A DNA stretch of 63,493 nucleotides, counting the filler, from Lenisia limosa (taxonomy: Eukaryota; Protista; Breviatea): the NCBI GenBank assembly GCA_001655205.1. It is 10 parts of 10 records of this genome, joined end to end, with 100 filler letters (N's around TTAATTAATTAA, not from the genome) between each part and the next. Parts side by side here need not be neighbours in the genome. Positions count along the whole stretch, not along the records: positions 62,239 to 63,493 come from LPNZ01002589.1; 9 more parts are not named here. One strand, 5' to 3'. Below, in pieces: positions 63,360-63,493 of the stretch; the stretch's first letter is position 1, and every line of letters begins with the position of its first letter. The notes under the pieces were generated by a model. That model had not been told where the DNA came from, did not search any database, and worked only from the letters and a program-made list of their open reading frames with translations. A program made the position numbers and the translations under genes.

Positions 63360-63493
63360 TTATATACAGTAATACATGATATAGACTCATAGTATATTAT
63401 ATATCATATAGTATACATAGTATATTATATATCTATAGTATACATAGTATATTATATATCATATAGTATACATAGTATATTATATATCATATA
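63360..63493. repeat. AT-rich ~29-bp tandem repeat (atagtatacatagtatattatatatc)
   Basis: Directly visible. Confidence 0.8.

Noticed and set aside
1-63493. Gene neighbourhood or cluster logic across the whole window (e.g. DDX60 next to ABCF, TKT next to XDH)
   Set aside because: These genes are on different contigs joined by artificial spacers.

Overview
This is eukaryotic, very intron-dense genomic DNA from a protist, possibly an amoebozoan (inference). It is hard-masked with N next to G/C runs. It is not one locus: nine 100-bp spacers (44 N + TTAATTAATTAA + 44 N) join ten contigs, so neighbourhoods across spacers mean nothing. Genes or fragments recognised: a USP9X/24/34-type deubiquitinase (-), a Reb1/TTF1-like Myb protein (+), TRAPPC10/Trs130 (-), an M17 leucyl aminopeptidase (-), an RCC1-repeat protein and a GGW...EDPW-domain protein (+, possibly one gene), alpha-actinin (+), an SRCR/C-type-lectin/Cys-rich mosaic protein (+), a DDX60/Ski2-like helicase (+), an ABCF ATPase (+), transketolase (-), xanthine dehydrogenase (+) and two unknown genes. 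Introns hold about 14 hAT-type MITEs with 8-bp TSDs, a pogo relic, an IS630/Tc1-like relic, a deleted tyrosine-recombinase (DIRS/Ngaro) retroelement and an 18S rDNA fragment. The best candidate for something new is intron architecture. Unrelated genes share two dispersed intronic repeat families: family A ends in the functional C-run+AG acceptor and family B begins with a GTATG donor-like motif. Both are strongly sense-biased, and introns generally have G-rich starts and C-rich ends, which suggests an introner-like or splice-site-donating element. Exon boundaries were read by eye, so gene ends are approximate.
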